A stretch of DNA of 64,000 nucleotides from Octopus vulgaris (lineage: Eukaryota), in the NCBI GenBank assembly GCA_951406725.2, contig OX597831.1, positions 65,596,001 through 65,660,000 on the forward strand, given 5' to 3'. Shown piece by piece: positions 38,374-52,684 of the stretch (position 1 is its first letter; every line of letters starts with the position of its first letter). Below the pieces are notes generated by a model, which saw only the letters and a list, made by a program, of their open reading frames with translations, was not told where the DNA came from and did no database searches. The translations under genes were made by a program, and so were the position numbers.

Positions 38374-39599
38374 TAAGTAATTCAATGTTGTTGACATCTC
38401 GAGCCAACCGTGAATTTACGTCAGATTCTCGTCAAATAAATGGTGACGTGTCATTCTCTGAATTGCGGTTGAATAAATGCGCGTTTTCAACCCTGAGGAA
38501 ACCTATGATATTGGAAAAATAACAAAATTTTGTTAAAAGATGTGTGTGCGCCTATATATATATCGTGAAGTATATTTGCCATCTAAATGTGGCTAACCCT
38601 TAAGGGTTTATTCTACTGTAACTTGTAGCCCCAGGCAGACATCTCTTCCAGCTGGCTATTGATACACTTTCTGTGCCCTATCAGTATTAGCAAAGGGAAG
38701 TCGTCTTTCCCATCTCCAACTTGAATTTAGTTCACTGACCCTCAGTACTACTTTTGCGGACCACAGGTTGGGAACCACCGCTTTAAGCTGGCGAGGGTAC
38801 CTTTACATGGGCGTTGGACTTGTTTGAGATAACAGCCAAAAGAGTTCTTAAATCATACCCTGAAGAAAATGTAAAGACACTTTGAACAAGACTGGATGGT
38901 CATGACAAGAGATTTGATCATAGGTCTCCTCCATCAGGGCTTACTAGGCAATTTAACGAGCCAAGAAGGAAATCTTTTTTAAAAATCATCAGATCTACAA
39001 GAAACAACAGCCAAATCTATTAAAAGAAATGGAAGGGAATATTGTATCATGAAATCCTGAATACTTTCTATTTGAAAAGGTACAATTGTCACGACTAGAA
39101 TGCCTTTATTCATGATTGATCAGTCTAAACAACAGCAAAGTATTGCCACGCTTCAATGCATATTTCTAATAAAGTGAATGGTACTTAAAAACCTGTTACA
39201 GCTGACAATAATTACAAAATACAAAATGTTTCAAGAATTTACAAGCTTTTTATTCGAAAACTGTCCGTTTCTTCATTGTATAATTGCTGTTGTAATTGTT
39301 ATACCAAACCAGGTCCACACTGATTCACCATACCTATGTAGAATCGAAGACATTCCAACAACGACCCTCTGGGCTTTTTAGAGCGTATAAGACTAAATCA
39401 AGTATGACTCCTTCGGTTTTTGTAAGGTGATGAGTGTGATTTAGCTGCTATTTCTAGCAAGTCGACCGACAATGTAGGGGCTCCCTGGTTGGCTTGTCGA
39501 AAGGAAATTTTTGGGAAGTTTCCGATTGGCGGAGTTGTATATTGAACAGTGGTCTCTGCCTATTTTTAGGTACTAAGAAGTAATTTGAAAAATATATCG

Positions 39600-40100
39600 G
39601 AATAGGATGACGTCACATATTTCTGTTTCTGTGGTGATTGTTGCGTGATTTTTTCTGGTGTGGTGATTCTCTGGTAATTCGCACTATTTTGTATCGATTA
39701 ATACAGCGGATATTAGATGTTGCAAAATAGTTGCCAGCCTGAGATTCTTTTAATAGATTTTTTTCTATCAAATTTTATGAAAAGTCAACCCATTTGGTAT
39801 AACAGCTTGACCGATGGGTTTTAGCTGTCTTCAACACTATAGCTATTCTTGCGGAAAAAATTGAACTCTATGTATGATGGCATTCAATTTATGATTGTCT
39901 AGTTTTGAAAGTATTTATATAGTCAAACACTGTAGACCACGCAATCTTCGATGATGTTTTATAGCTGTATCACAAAGGCTAGGCTTCCTCTTCGGGGGCT
40001 AAAAATATGTTTGATCTGAACAGCTGGTGATCCTCTATAAAATGAAATACGTATTGTGCAGCAGTGACGGGCATTATTATTCGGGACCATATCCGTCTGT
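39600..40100 (-). pseudogene. Decayed CR1/L2-like RT fragment
   Basis: HFIEDHQLFRS..RGS...NIIED..D.I.F.K.D..H.L spacing resembles RT subdomains 2-3. Confidence 0.35.
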
Positions 40101-40125
40101 TAGGTAGTCTTATCAACGTCTTTAG

Positions 40126-40355
40126 GGCGGCGAGCTGGCAGAATCGTTAGCACGCCGGGCGAAATGCGTAGCCGTATTTCGTCTGCCGTTACGTTCTTAG
40201 TTCAAATTCCGTCGAGGTCAACTTTGCCTTTCAGCCTTTCGGGGTCGATAAATTAAGTACCAGTTACGCACTGGGGTCGATATTATTGATTTAATCCGTC
40301 TGTCTGTCCTTGTTTGTCTCCTCTGTGTTTAGCCCCTTGTGGGTAGTAAAGAAAC
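40126..40355 (+). mobile_element. tRNA-derived SINE family 1
   Basis: 16-bp TSD AGGTAGTCTTATCAAC at 40102-40117 and 40356-40371. Confidence 0.95.
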
Positions 40356-40599
40356 AGGTAGTCTTATCAACATGTCGAAACTTCTAGATCATCGTTGTTC
40401 TTAGTCTTCCATCTTTACTACATCATGTTATTCTCATTTGAATTAGTAAACAAGCTTTGAGGAACAAAGACACACACACCTTTCTTACTTTTTTCATTCT
40501 TTATCTTTTTACTTCCCTAAACACTGTAACTCTCTGGAACGACTTTCTTGTTCACATTTTACCCAATGAAACACTGAACATTAGACCCCAGTTACCCTA

Positions 40600-40890
40600 A
40601 TCTTACTTGTACTTGTGGCGACATTCACCCTGGGCGGGTTGAGTCGGCTTCTTCCACCACCCTCGAGGCATCTCGAACCATGGCGGTGGAAGAAGTTTCG
40701 TGGGAATAGGAATTTCACAAGCGGTCCCCAACAATCCCGCATGTGGAGACATCCTGTTTGCCGCAGATTGTCCGCAGACGCAGGGACAGAACGACCGAGG
40801 AGTTGCCGGTTGCCGAAACAGATACTCCGAGGATTTTCACCGTCTGCCGGGTTGTGGCCCTAATACCACTGCTGGAGATGACCTGTAAGG
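40600..40890 (-). mobile_element. RTE-like LINE 3' end
   Basis: GC-rich island ending AMVRDASRVVEEADSTRPG* with a CAAGTA repeat tail. Confidence 0.55.
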
Positions 40891-41245
40891 TCTTCAATAA
40901 TACCTGATTATGAACTCTGTTCTTCTTTAATAATACCAGACAACATTTACAACCACATAAATGTGGTCTTTTTAGAAGATATCTTATGAATATTCGAATA
41001 TTCTGTGGATGATCATTAGTCTCTGACCAATCCTGATTAAAACAAACCTACAATCAAAGACTTTCAGCCGTGATCCTACGGTGTTTTTGGAAGTATATGG
41101 GACAACACTGTCTAATGTGTCTGTCATATTAAAAGACAGTGACTAGTTTTATGAGGGAGACTTTGGTTGCTAGTCTGATGTGCTTGTGAACTTGGTATTT
41201 CATCGATGTTAGAAATCCGGAACTTAGGAAGTATGACGGTTAATT

Positions 41246-41677
41246 CTCTTACTCTTTTACTCTTTTACTTGTTTCAGTCATTTGACTGCGGCCATGCTGG
41301 AGCACCGCCTTTAGTTGAGCAAATCGACCCCGGGACTTATTCTTTGTAAGCCCAGTACTTATTCTATCGGTCTCTTTTGCCGAACCGCTAAGTGACGGGG
41401 ACGTAAACACACCAGCATCGGTTGTCAAGCAATGCTAGAGGGACAAACACAGATGCACAAACACAGATACACAAACATATACACACATATACATATACAT
41501 ATATACATATATACGACGGGCTTCTTTCAGTTTCCGTCTACCAAATCCACTCACAAGGCATTGGTCGGCCCCAGGCTATACCAGAAGACACTTGCCCAAG
41601 ATGCCACGCAGTGGGACTGAACTCGGAACCATGTGGTTGGTAAGCAAGCTACTTACCACATAGCCACTCCTGCGCCT
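41246..41677 (-). mobile_element. CORE-type SINE (family 2), full length
   Basis: tRNA head, CORE-like GTGGCATCTTGGGCAAGTGTCTT, internal microsatellite, GAGTAAAA tail. Confidence 0.93.
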
Positions 41678-41943
41678 CTTATCAATTATTCTCTGAATTA
41701 GTGGGAGACTTGTTAAAAAGTATAAAAGGTCCAAATCTCACCAAGGTTATCTTTGACTGTCATCATTACTAGATCAGTTAAATACAGAACCAGTAAAAGG
41801 TATCATGAGAAACCATAAAATAATGAAAAGTAAAGCCTATCCCAGTGGCATGTGAAGTCAAAGCGTCAAGGGATATTAGTATATTACGAGAAGGTATTAA
41901 ATCCTGCGTTCTATTGTTTCTGCCACACAATTTACAAAATCAC

Positions 41944-42303
41944 TCTATATATAAACGGCAAAATGTCTGCGAGCGTGTCCTTTATACAAATCCACAATTT
42001 TTCAGTTAGAGGGCTCGCACTTTCTATGGTCATTCAAAACCGTCCAAGGGTGGTCGTGCACATCTTTACATTTCCCCAGTCACCCCACAAAGCCATTAAA
42101 AAATCAATAGAAGTGACTTTTTTGTGAATTTTCTCTCCAAAACCCAATCAAAATGCCCGAAACTTGATACACCAATTGAATGCCAGCTAGCTGTATGTGA
42201 TTGGTCGGAGATTTGGACAGTACTCGCGTGTATGTGCGCACGCACACAGCTGTATATGCATGCATTAGAACTGTGACCCGGCGTTGCCGGGTCATAGTGC
42301 TAG
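41944..42303 (+). mobile_element. Non-autonomous Helitron family A
   Basis: TC...hairpin...CTAG followed by T. Confidence 0.88.
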
Positions 42304-42499
42304 TAATTATTAAACGAAAAAAGTAAAACATTGATTAACTGACCCGAGATAACTGACCCGGGATATGAACAGTGTTCACTCTTTCTTTCAGTAAATTCAC
42401 TACCTTGATGACCACAGAACAAACGCATTAGTCACTAAATTAAATCCTTTTGATTTATTTAATCTAGAGAAAGAGGCTTTATGGCCTAGGCTGGCCTTT

Positions 42500-43000
42500 C
42501 GAGACTAGTGAGACTGATGTGGACGATGTTTTGGGGAGGAAGAATTAGACGAAGGGGTTAGTGAGGTGTTTGGTAGCGGATAGGCGGCGAGCTGGCAGAA
42601 ACGTTAGCACGCCGGGCGAAATGCGTAGCCGTATTTCGTCTGTCGTTACGTTCTGAGTTCAAATTCCACCGAGGTCGACTTTGCCTTTCATCCTTTCGGG
42701 GTCGATAAATTAAGTACCAGTTACGCACTGGAGTCGATGTAATCGACTTAATCCGTTTGTCTGTCCTTGTTTGTCCCCCTCTGTGTTTAGTCCCTTGTGG
42801 GCAGTAAAGAAATAGGGGACAGGGGTATACAATATGGCTGATAATACGAAGAAAGACGAAGGAATCGGGAAGTATGAGGGGAGCTAGCACGAGACCAGCA
42901 AGTTCCGTGGTACTAGTTGAAGAGACAAAGGGGAGACAATACATCTGTAAACCAGAGGCTGGAGTATGTACTAGAAATTTAGGATTTTAAGAGAGAAATA
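42500..43000 (-). pseudogene. Jockey/CR1-group LINE 3' remnant interrupted by a SINE
   Basis: LCLFN*Y..ELAGLVLAPL..RLSSYYQPYCIPL..FFLPKT. Confidence 0.5.
42583..42816 (+). mobile_element. tRNA-derived SINE family 1
   Basis: Full-length match to the family. Confidence 0.93.
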
Positions 43001-43969
43001 TCTAGCAGCATTAATCTCGGAAGGAATATGATTTGGAAATGCTCAGAAAAGCTCTGTAAAATAGAAAGGAGTACAGAGCTTATATTTTATCAATCGGAAG
43101 ACTATGAATCAACATTTTATCAATATATTTACTTTAATCATTCTAGCACCTATTTTGTTGCCATTGTTTCTGTGCGTATTTATTTATATATCACTGTTTA
43201 ATTTCATGTATATATAATATATATATGTTTATAAACCGTTAAGCTATTACACGGAAGAGCAGGTGTAGATACATAAAGTGAAACATATAAAGCTTTGCAT
43301 GAATGAACAAATATTTTTGCATCAAAAGAGCTCTTTCCACCACAACGATTCTTTTATTTACAAAAAATGTCAGTCTCTGCCGGCAATGAGAATGATTAAT
43401 CTTAGTAGTTTACTTCAATTTTCAGCTACTTGTTGCTTGTGTAAGCCACAGAGTAGTAATTTGGCAACCCTTAGCAGCTACGACTGTTCAACGTATCAGT
43501 TTCTCTTGTTCAGAGCTTCCTGTTGTTCGAATCAGCAAGCTGTGAACTAATTAGTAGTTGGAGAAAGCCAATAAACCAGACTTGTCTAGCTTAGAATCTT
43601 TTACAACTGACTGGATTTTGCCAATTTTTTTCGCCAAATTTTCGAGTTTATTATAAATATAATTAGTCAATATATACTCACTGTTATGTTTGAAAAGAAT
43701 TTGAGCAATAACGTACTGGAAGAAAAATTATTTGAAGAGTTATTTGAAGATGATATTGGTAGACTTACCATGCACTCTGGATTTAATGAGTCTACCCAAA
43801 TTTAGAGTATTTGACCTCGACATCCTGGTCAGGAGAGATTATTCTTTTAATCAAAAAAGTGTAAAACTTCATAGGATTTAAGTTTATTACTTAAGACAGA
43901 CTATAACCATCACATATTAAATTAAGCTTGCATATCTGCTTCCATCACTACTAAATACCATAACACACC

Positions 43970-44190
43970 AAAGAGGGATCCTCTATGTGCTCGCTTGATC
44001 TGCTAGAAATAGCAACAGATCTCTCTTAAATTACGCTTTACCATAGTCTTAGAAGAAAAAAAGAAAAAAAGAAAGAACGAATTGGATAATGCAGTGCTAG
44101 ATACCTGAAAATAACAACTGTATCTTACCTGGAACTGATTAGATATGTCTGATGAATTAGCCCTGACTTTGGGCTAAACAACAACGACAG
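43970..44190 (-). mobile_element. Old diverged interspersed repeat with core GATTTGGCTGCTATTTCTAGC (other copies near 2533, 37470, 38810, 39300-39495, 41040, 49390-49550, 51025)
   Basis: Recurrent degenerate motif at 8 or more sites. Confidence 0.6.
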
Positions 44191-44370
44191 CAAAAACAGC
44201 AACAATTACAACTAAATCCCTTATAAGAGCTTACGTATTTGCCTCCAGAGACGGTATGCCATTAGATGACTGTTGACAGGGTTTCTCCTGTATACGATAG
44301 CATGTGGCTTTTGAGTGAAAGAGGTGTTGTTCTGTATATACATACATGCACGCATACATGCATACACACA

Positions 44371-44471
44371 TGTAATGCTGATGGAGATGTTGATTGTATT
44401 GGGTTACGTAATAGGGTTTGCCGACCTACGTAATGATGGTGCTTGGTTTACCGAAACACGTGTACATTATA
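44371..44471 (+). ncRNA. Hammerhead motif with long stem II and one core substitution
   Basis: UGUAAUG-CUGAUGG-[68 nt incl. UUACGUA/UACGUAA]-GAAA-CACGUG-UA-CAUUAUA; 7-bp stem I. Confidence 0.65.
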
Positions 44472-44542
44472 TAAAATAGAAAACATCGGTTATGTTTTCT
44501 GTGCTCCTCTCTTTCCCCCTTTATATATATATATATATATAT

Positions 44543-44841
44543 CACGTGACTGACCAGGCAATCAGATGTTGCTACACATCGCTGGTCACAATGCCCTTCG
44601 CATTGTTTTAGCCTTCAAATGACGCCACCCCGCTGGCTAAGCGAGCAGGCCAACAGAAGACAGAGTGAGAGAAAGTTGCGGCGAAAGAGTACAGCAGGGA
44701 TCGCCACCACCCCCTGCCGGAGCCTCGTGGATCCTTTAGGTGTTTCGCTCAATAGACACTCACAACGCCCGGTCTGGGAATCGAAACCGCGATCCTACGA
44801 CCAGAGTCCGCAGCCTAACAATTGGGCCATTGCGCCTCCAC
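44543..44841 (-). mobile_element. SINE family 3 head with an alternative 3' tail
   Basis: 44663-44841 matches 30567-30747; 44543-44660 is unrelated to the 30357 tail. Confidence 0.85.
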
Positions 44842-44934
<93 letters not shown>

Positions 44935-45119
44935 GAAAAAAAAAACACCTTTTATCAATTCAATAATGAAAAATTAAATTATACCATTTAGAAAAATTAC
45001 ATATTATAGAAATATTAAATATAAGATAAAACATATAACGATGATTAAGTAATGTGCAAAATTGATTTAGTATTTCTAAATTGAATTTTTCCCTGTAAGT
45101 TTGGAATAATATTCCCTCA

Positions 45120-45177
<58 letters not shown>

Positions 45178-45720
45178 GAGTGAGAGAGTAGTTCATGCCA
45201 TCAAAGTGACACTGGGGTAAAATATACGAAGCCGAAAATACCCATCATGACTACCCGTCTGATAAGGGTACAGCAGGCAAATGCATCACAACCATATGTG
45301 CGCGACATGGTGATCTCATATCAAGATAAACAGCACATGACCTTGCAGGTGGGGCCCAGTTAGAATTTTCTTCAGGTTGAGTAGCCCATCCTGCTCAAAA
45401 GGTCCCTGAATAAGGGTTGTTTAAGGATGTTGAAAAAACCACCCATGTTTCCAGAGGTGAATTATTCAGACCCCAAAGAATCCCTCTCAACACATGGCTA
45501 TGATGCTCCCCCACTACATCAGAGATGCACATATCGTCAGCCACTTAGGGATATGGTCAACTGATTAAGGTCAAACAACTGACAAGCAAATCTGTGGTAT
45601 TGAGCAGAATATTTGCTGTAGCCCATCTTTTATACCAAGACAAAATAATGTAGATGATAACACTTCCAATCAGTTAAGATCAAAAGCCATGAGAGCCACT
45701 GCCTGGTACTGCATCAGGGC
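45178..45720. mobile_element. ~540-bp non-coding element flanked on both sides by (ATT)n
   Basis: Sharp boundaries with (ATT)n tracts; partial second copy at 12303. Confidence 0.75.
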
Positions 45721-45873
<153 letters not shown>

Positions 45874-46074
45874 GTGTGTGTGTGTGTGTGTGTGTGTGTA
45901 CGCATATATACCGGTGTGGGGACTGAACTTAGAACCATGTGATTGGGAAGCAAACTACTTACCAAACACTCACGTGACTGTGTGGTAAATATGTGGATAT
46001 GTATTTATTTATATATGTATGTATGTATGTATCTATGTATGTATGCATGTATGTATGTATCTCTCTCTCTCAAG

Positions 46075-46127
<53 letters not shown>

Positions 46128-46482
46128 CATGCACAAGCACACACACAGATACTATAAGTTACAACAAAAGAAGAGAGATAACTTGAGGTGTAGCTCCCAT
46201 GATAGAAGCAGCTAATAAGAAAGAAATGATAGAAAAGATTTAAAGGCAAAGAGGGTAAGGAAGAATAGAAGAGAATATAAGTGAGAGAAAGTGAGCTGAA
46301 ATGAAACATCATTATAATAAGAAGTTCCATTAAAACAAACGATATCATAGATACAACAGAAATGGCAGAGATTGTCAGTTTTAAGATCAGCGATGAGATT
46401 TTTGTTTTCTTCTATATTGCTAGAAAATAGTTTTTAATGCAAACAGTCGATGCTCATATTTGCTGCCTTGCTTTAAACTTTA

Positions 46483-46849
46483 CTAGCACTATGACCTGGC
46501 GTTGCCGGGTCATAGTGCTAGTGCATGCATATACAGCTGCGTGCTTGCGTACATACACGCGAGTACTGTCCAAGTCTCCGACCAACCACATACAGCTAGT
46601 TGGCATTCAATTGGCGAATCAAGTTCCGGGCATTTTGATTGGGTTTTGGATAGAAAGTTCACAAAAAAGTAACTTCTATTGATTTTTTTAATGGCTTTAC
46701 GGGGCGACTGGGGAAATGTAAAGATGTGCACAACCACCCTTGGACGCTTTTAAATGACCATAGAAAGTGCGAGCCCGCTAACTGAAAAATTGTGGATTTG
46801 TATAAAGGACACACACACAGACATTTTGCTGTATATATATAGAGAGAGA
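46483..46849 (-). mobile_element. Non-autonomous Helitron family A
   Basis: Reverse complement of the 41944 copy. Confidence 0.88.
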
Positions 46850-47040
46850 TATGGCTAATGTTTACTTATTACGTCAATATTTAGGTGTAAGCTTAAGCTT
46901 TAATGAATACCGTGAAGAAGTAACGGGACAGCAATACGCAAGATCGGTTTCAGGAAAAATACATTTAAGTTCAGAGATAGAGCTTACATTTAAGACATGG
47001 CGGTGTTGTGTGGACAAAACTACCTTAGACAAATATTTTC

Positions 47041-47225
47041 GCTGGACAAAATGCTTAGCGGCATTTCTTACGGACCTTTACGTACTGAGTTTAATTTTCG
47101 ATGAGGCCAACTTCGCTTTTATCTTTCGGGATCGATAAAATAGCGATAAGTTGAGCACTGGGGTCGATGTAACTCACTTTCCATCCCATCAGAATTGCTG
47201 GCCTTGGGCCAAAATTTGAAAGAAA
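47041..47225 (+). mobile_element. Diverged SINE family 1 relative
   Basis: AAATGCTTAGCGGCATTTC...CTTTCGGGATCGATAAA...CACTGGGGTCGATGTAA. Confidence 0.7.
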
Positions 47226-47388
47226 TATTTCTGTTCATATAGAGAGGGAAAAATTATATTTGAGAATATCGTAGCATAACATCGTTATTTGCTTTTGTTT
47301 TAGACAGAAAAGCTGTGTTTAATATGTATGAGAACGGCGATCGCCAGCATATCGTCATCCTAGTCATCAAAGTGCATCTTGAATCTCC

Positions 47389-47422
<34 letters not shown>

Positions 47423-48149
47423 TCAGACAGTTTGAGGACTTGCAAATAATATGATATAGGTTATATTCTATGGCGTATCAGTATACTAATAACGAACTGC
47501 AAAAACGTCAGACAATTTAAACGCAGTTTTCTTTCGCATCAAAATGAGGTTTCTGACAAAGTGTACATCGTTAATAATTGGAATGTCTTAGAGAAACGAA
47601 AATAAATTAATAAATGGGCTGTACTGATTTTAACAAATGCGTCTGTTATTTACCAATGCTACACATTCCTTATGACAGAAACCATCATTAGACGAAGCAT
47701 AATTTGCCGAAGAAGAAAACAAGCAATTCTTTATAGCAGAATAAATGAAAGTCAATTTCGAATAAAGACAGATTGGACATAATGTTCTTATTCTTATTCA
47801 TGAATAATTACCAATTGGCTATAGTTTGATTATCAAGCCAAATCCCAAACAAACCGAACAAATTAAATGGACGCTTGGTTCGGCAACAAAAGCCAATCTA
47901 AGATACGCGAAATATTATACATTATAAAATGGAGTCTTGAAGTGTATTCGATATTTAAAGAATAAAAGTATGAAATAAACCTCTGTAGATATCCTTTTCT
48001 ACTCTAGGTACAAGACTTGAAATTTTGGGGTAGGGGGCCAGTCGATTAGATCGATCCCAGAAAGGATGAAAAGCAAAGTCTACAGAACATTAGGTCTTGA
48101 TTTCTGCAACGACTTGCATAGTTCGAATCGAGTTGGAAGCACGAAGAAT

Positions 48150-49300
48150 AAACTCTAGACAAGTCAAACTGAATGATTTGAAAAATGAAGGCTACAAATG
48201 TTGATAAAAGATCTCTGTAACGCTGGTACTACGACATACAAAAATCAAAATGAATATGCTCAGTTTTTTTTTTTTTAGAAAATTCTGTAGATCAAGAAGA
48301 ATCTTTGCTTTAATATTTCCGATTGCTGCTTCCAATCCCTTATCATTCACCTTTCATGGAACAAGGATTGGAAATACATTTTGAAAAGAATGTATTGCCA
48401 ACTTATCTTTTTACTTCTGTCTGAAGATGATATTGTTAGCCACTCTATTATATTTTTGTAGAATCACTGCTTTTATTGATATTTGGCTCTCATCCATGAA
48501 TCCTTTGGATTTATATGGGGAAATACATCCTAGACAAAGATTCCTAAAACGGAAAATTACATTGCACTCACTTTCTTTTCCATCGTGATTTTATATCATT
48601 TCACAAAACGATTTACTCTACAACAGTCTCGAACGATTTACAAAATCTATGGACATTGTCTCCTTCTTCTCTGAATATCTTATGTAACATTTTCTTCTTA
48701 GCTTTGTGTATTTGAGCTCACAATACTTCAATATTATATAAATTTTGAGAGACTTCTAAATGCAACCAAGCAAGATTAGCGTTTCCTTTCGTAGCGAAAT
48801 ATATTTTACCTACAATTTCGTTTCTCATTGTATTTACAACATATTCTATATTTTCCCTGCTACCTTACATATATCTTATGCAAACTTTTATTCTCAAGTA
48901 TCTTTCTGTCAAAAGTTCTATCATTTAAGTCTATCATTTTCTATTCCTTCACATATTCTGTCATTCAAAGTTCCATTTTTCCTTTCTCCTTATTCAAAGT
49001 AATTTTGAAATACTTTCAAGAAAGATGCTAATCAAATGTCTTAGAGATGTCTACTGTTCGGTCATTCATGTTCTCTTTTAAATGTAGTAATCCTTAAAAC
49101 TTGGCGGTAAGGAATACTATTTATTCTATCTTCTAGTATCGTGAAGTTATTGCTTAGATCGTCTTTGGATATGGAGTTGGTCATGTTCTGTTTTTAAGGT
49201 ATTATAAAAGCTACTTTCTTGCTATATTTTCTTCAGAAATATAGGTTTCAATGGTGGACGCTGATCTTCCATCTGACTTCTTACACTATTTCTTGATCAC
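48150..49300 (-). pseudogene. Very decayed non-LTR ORF N-terminal region (R4-like?)
   Basis: A-rich coding-like minus strand; only weak motifs. Confidence 0.25.
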
Positions 49301-49969
49301 AAATAAGTTTTTATAAACTTAAAACAAGACAAAAGCGTTATCACAACCAGATGTTTATTCCTAGGTAAATCTTGATGGCACAACCTTCTGATCAAAGACA
49401 TTCCAACTGTGATTATCTCGTTCCTTTTAGGTGTATGCAAGATTTCATTGTGTGACGTAACTATTTCTTATTAAAAGCAGTAAGATGTAATTTTAAGCAG
49501 ATTTGGCTGCTATTCCTAACAGATCGAGTGACCACGTTGAGGCTCCCACACTGGATCGATACAGGTATGCTATTACAAGGTGGTGTTAACTGTTTAATCA
49601 ATCACATATGGTCATCTAAAATGAATTATGATTATCCCTTCTCTTACTCAAGTAACACCTACATTACTATAATCTTCACATGTATAGGTGCAGTGTAGGG
49701 ACTAGACACGTAAATAGGGAAGACTGCATTGAAAACAAAGCCGTACACGACCAATTGGAAAAGTTTCATTCCCCAGGACGTTTCAACCACAAATGTACTT
49801 CTTCATCTCTCTTATTTTACCACTCATAGACGGTTACTCCTTGGTTGTGTCTCACCTTCAAGGTCTCACCCTAGCCGCGTTTTTCTACTGATATTGACTT
49901 ACAGGTTTTCATATTAAACCTCAATTGCATCAGATTTACTAGTATGTTAGGACATGTAAAAACTATGGT

Positions 49970-50331
49970 CACCCGCTCACAACATCATAAGCGGAAAGTG
50001 TAACCTCTCGAAAGAGCTGTTCTTCACTCCTGCTCCAGAGCGTGGGCTGCGGGGGGTCACTCCGAAAAGCTCTATCTAGGACGATTTCATCTCAATCGAA
50101 GGAGAGGGGTTTTCTCCGTCCGGGTTGCAGATCCGTGGAATAAGCTGCCGGACGAGATAGTGAAGATGCCTACGATCGCTCGGTTCAAAGTCTCTCTTGA
50201 CCAGAAATGGCCTGAACTCTTTGTATGACCACCCTCCCTGTACATAACTCCCTATCCCCCTACATGGCCTTGCTCTTGCTTTTTGAGCCAATAAACATTA
50301 AAATTAAAATTAAAATTAAATTAAAAATTAA
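49970..50331 (+). mobile_element. CR1-group LINE 3' end
   Basis: LR-GHSEKLYLGRFHLNRRRG-FSVRVADPWNKLPDEIVKMPTIARFKVSLD with an (AAATT)n tail. Confidence 0.85.
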
Positions 50332-50705
50332 ATCTTATGAAATATATTTTGAATACATTCTTCCCGACTTAACAAGTGCTGCGTCGTGACATTGTTGCTG
50401 CCAAACCACCAACTGCATCTCTTGGAATATACTTAGTCGTAGTTTAACATAATCATACAATTTATTTTATGATGCAATTGTTCATTTCTTTAACTTTTTG
50501 AATGTTTCTATGTATTGCTGAGTTGGCATCATTCTTAGTATTTGCTTATCTACAATTACATTGAAACAAACACTAATATCAATAGTAATCAAACTTGTTT
50601 AACTCATATTGTTCTAAGCCTGATTTTCGTTTTCAATCAGTCGGAAAAAATGCTACCGTGATAAAGCGGAATTATTATTTAAGGCGTTGAAGCCGTGGTT
50701 ATTTC

Positions 50706-50935
50706 TATTTCTTTACTACCCACAAGGGGCTAATCACAGAGAGGACAAACAAGGACAGACAAACGGATTAAGTCGATTACATCGACCCCAGTGCGTAACT
50801 GGTACTTAATTTATCGACCCCGAAAGGATGAAAGGCAAAGTCACCTTGGCGGAATTTGAACTCAGAACGTAACGGCAGACGAAATACGGCTACGCATTTC
50901 GCCCGGCGTGCTAACGTTTCGGCCAGCTCACCGCC
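50706..50935 (-). mobile_element. tRNA-derived SINE family 1
   Basis: TSD TGGTTATTTC at 50696-50705 and 50943-50952. Confidence 0.93.
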
Positions 50936-52369
50936 TTGGAACTGGTTATTTCGTTGTGTTGTGTATCAGGAACTACTTTGTTCAGTGTATTCTTCTTTCC
51001 ACGAAGACAAATTGTGAGTCGAGTGGAAATTTGGCTGCTATTTTCAATGATTTGAGCGGTCATGTAAACGCTCCACCTTTGGCACGAGTAGAATCTTCCT
51101 TGTCGAAGTACATTATCATTCGCGTCATTTCTGGCAGTTCCTCTGCTGAATGCTACAACGATGCTACGATACGCTCTTCGGGAATAAAAGTGACAATACA
51201 GTTTCGTTTCTCAGTTGGATGCACTTCCTTTGGCTTAATATGTTTTAAAAGATTTAGAATTGTATAACTCCCCCACCGCGCCCCGATATACATCTAAATC
51301 ACAAATCGTTTGTCACTTATCGTTTATATCTTCCAGCAAAACCGGTCATCCAAGACAAATTACTAATCTTATTACATTTCACTCTTACTGTTTTTCTTTT
51401 AAAAGGCAGTCTGCTTATGTCCACGGTCTTTTTAAGGTTAGAGTTGCTATTTTCATATCTTCTGGTATTTTATAAAGACTATTTAAACTAACAGATGAAA
51501 GGTCATCGAATTCTAATAGTGATAACGCTCCAGCTATGGAAATAAGAACATCGCTATGGTTCTTCAATAATAAATGTTTGAGGAATCTGATTCGAATGTT
51601 CAATCAGTTCATTCGGTCTTATTCCACTTTATTTTTATTTGTAGATGCATTCACTTCACTTTCTCATTCTCTCTCGTGGCATGGCATTCACACATGCGCG
51701 CTCGCACACACACACACACTCACGAACGCATTCGTTCATAACATAAACTTATAAAGAAACACATGCGAACTTACGTAGTTATAAACAAATGTACATCTAC
51801 ATATAAACACAGACAACTGATTGTTTTCTCTATTCTATATTTCGTGTTGGTGTGTGAACTAACAGATCTACAATATGCTAGATAAAGCAGCCTTAGGAAA
51901 CAATCTCTGACAGTTTCTTGTTGCCGTAAGTACTGCAAGTTATTTATTGCTGTCTCTCATCACAGCTTTGATAAGTGCAAACTCTAAGAAGAGATACAAG
52001 AACACTGTCTGTTTTCTCAATTACCCATTTATTTGCCTGTTAATCGATTATATCCTACGTGTTTTTGTATCTGTAACCATATAATTAGTCATTCTTAATA
52101 ATTTTCAATGTCTAGCATCGTCACGTTTTGCTCTAGTCTTTTTACTTCCATATTTTCTTTTGGTGTCATAATATATATATTTTTTGTGATAAAGACCAAA
52201 AGAATATATATTCATATATTGATTTCTCTGTTTGCTGTGACTGAACATGCTGATTGTCATTTTACACAAGGATTAATATCTTAATGTGTACACATGCACG
52301 ATTTGATACGTGTTTAAATATACATGCATTCTTAAAAGAGGATTGCACTTTCTCTCATATATACACATA

Positions 52370-52622
<253 letters not shown>

Positions 52623-52684
52623 TGTTTGGATTAACTATATATATATATATACTTTATTTAAAAGCAGCAGAAATTTAACAAAAG

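Noticed and set aside
40615-40897. GC-rich island as a host exon
   Set aside because: Stops or unrecognisable peptides; its ending resembles an RTE 3' tail
49770-49812. Minus-strand GAUGAAG...GAAACGUC
   Set aside because: Core lacks CU and stem I is absent; at best a very decayed remnant
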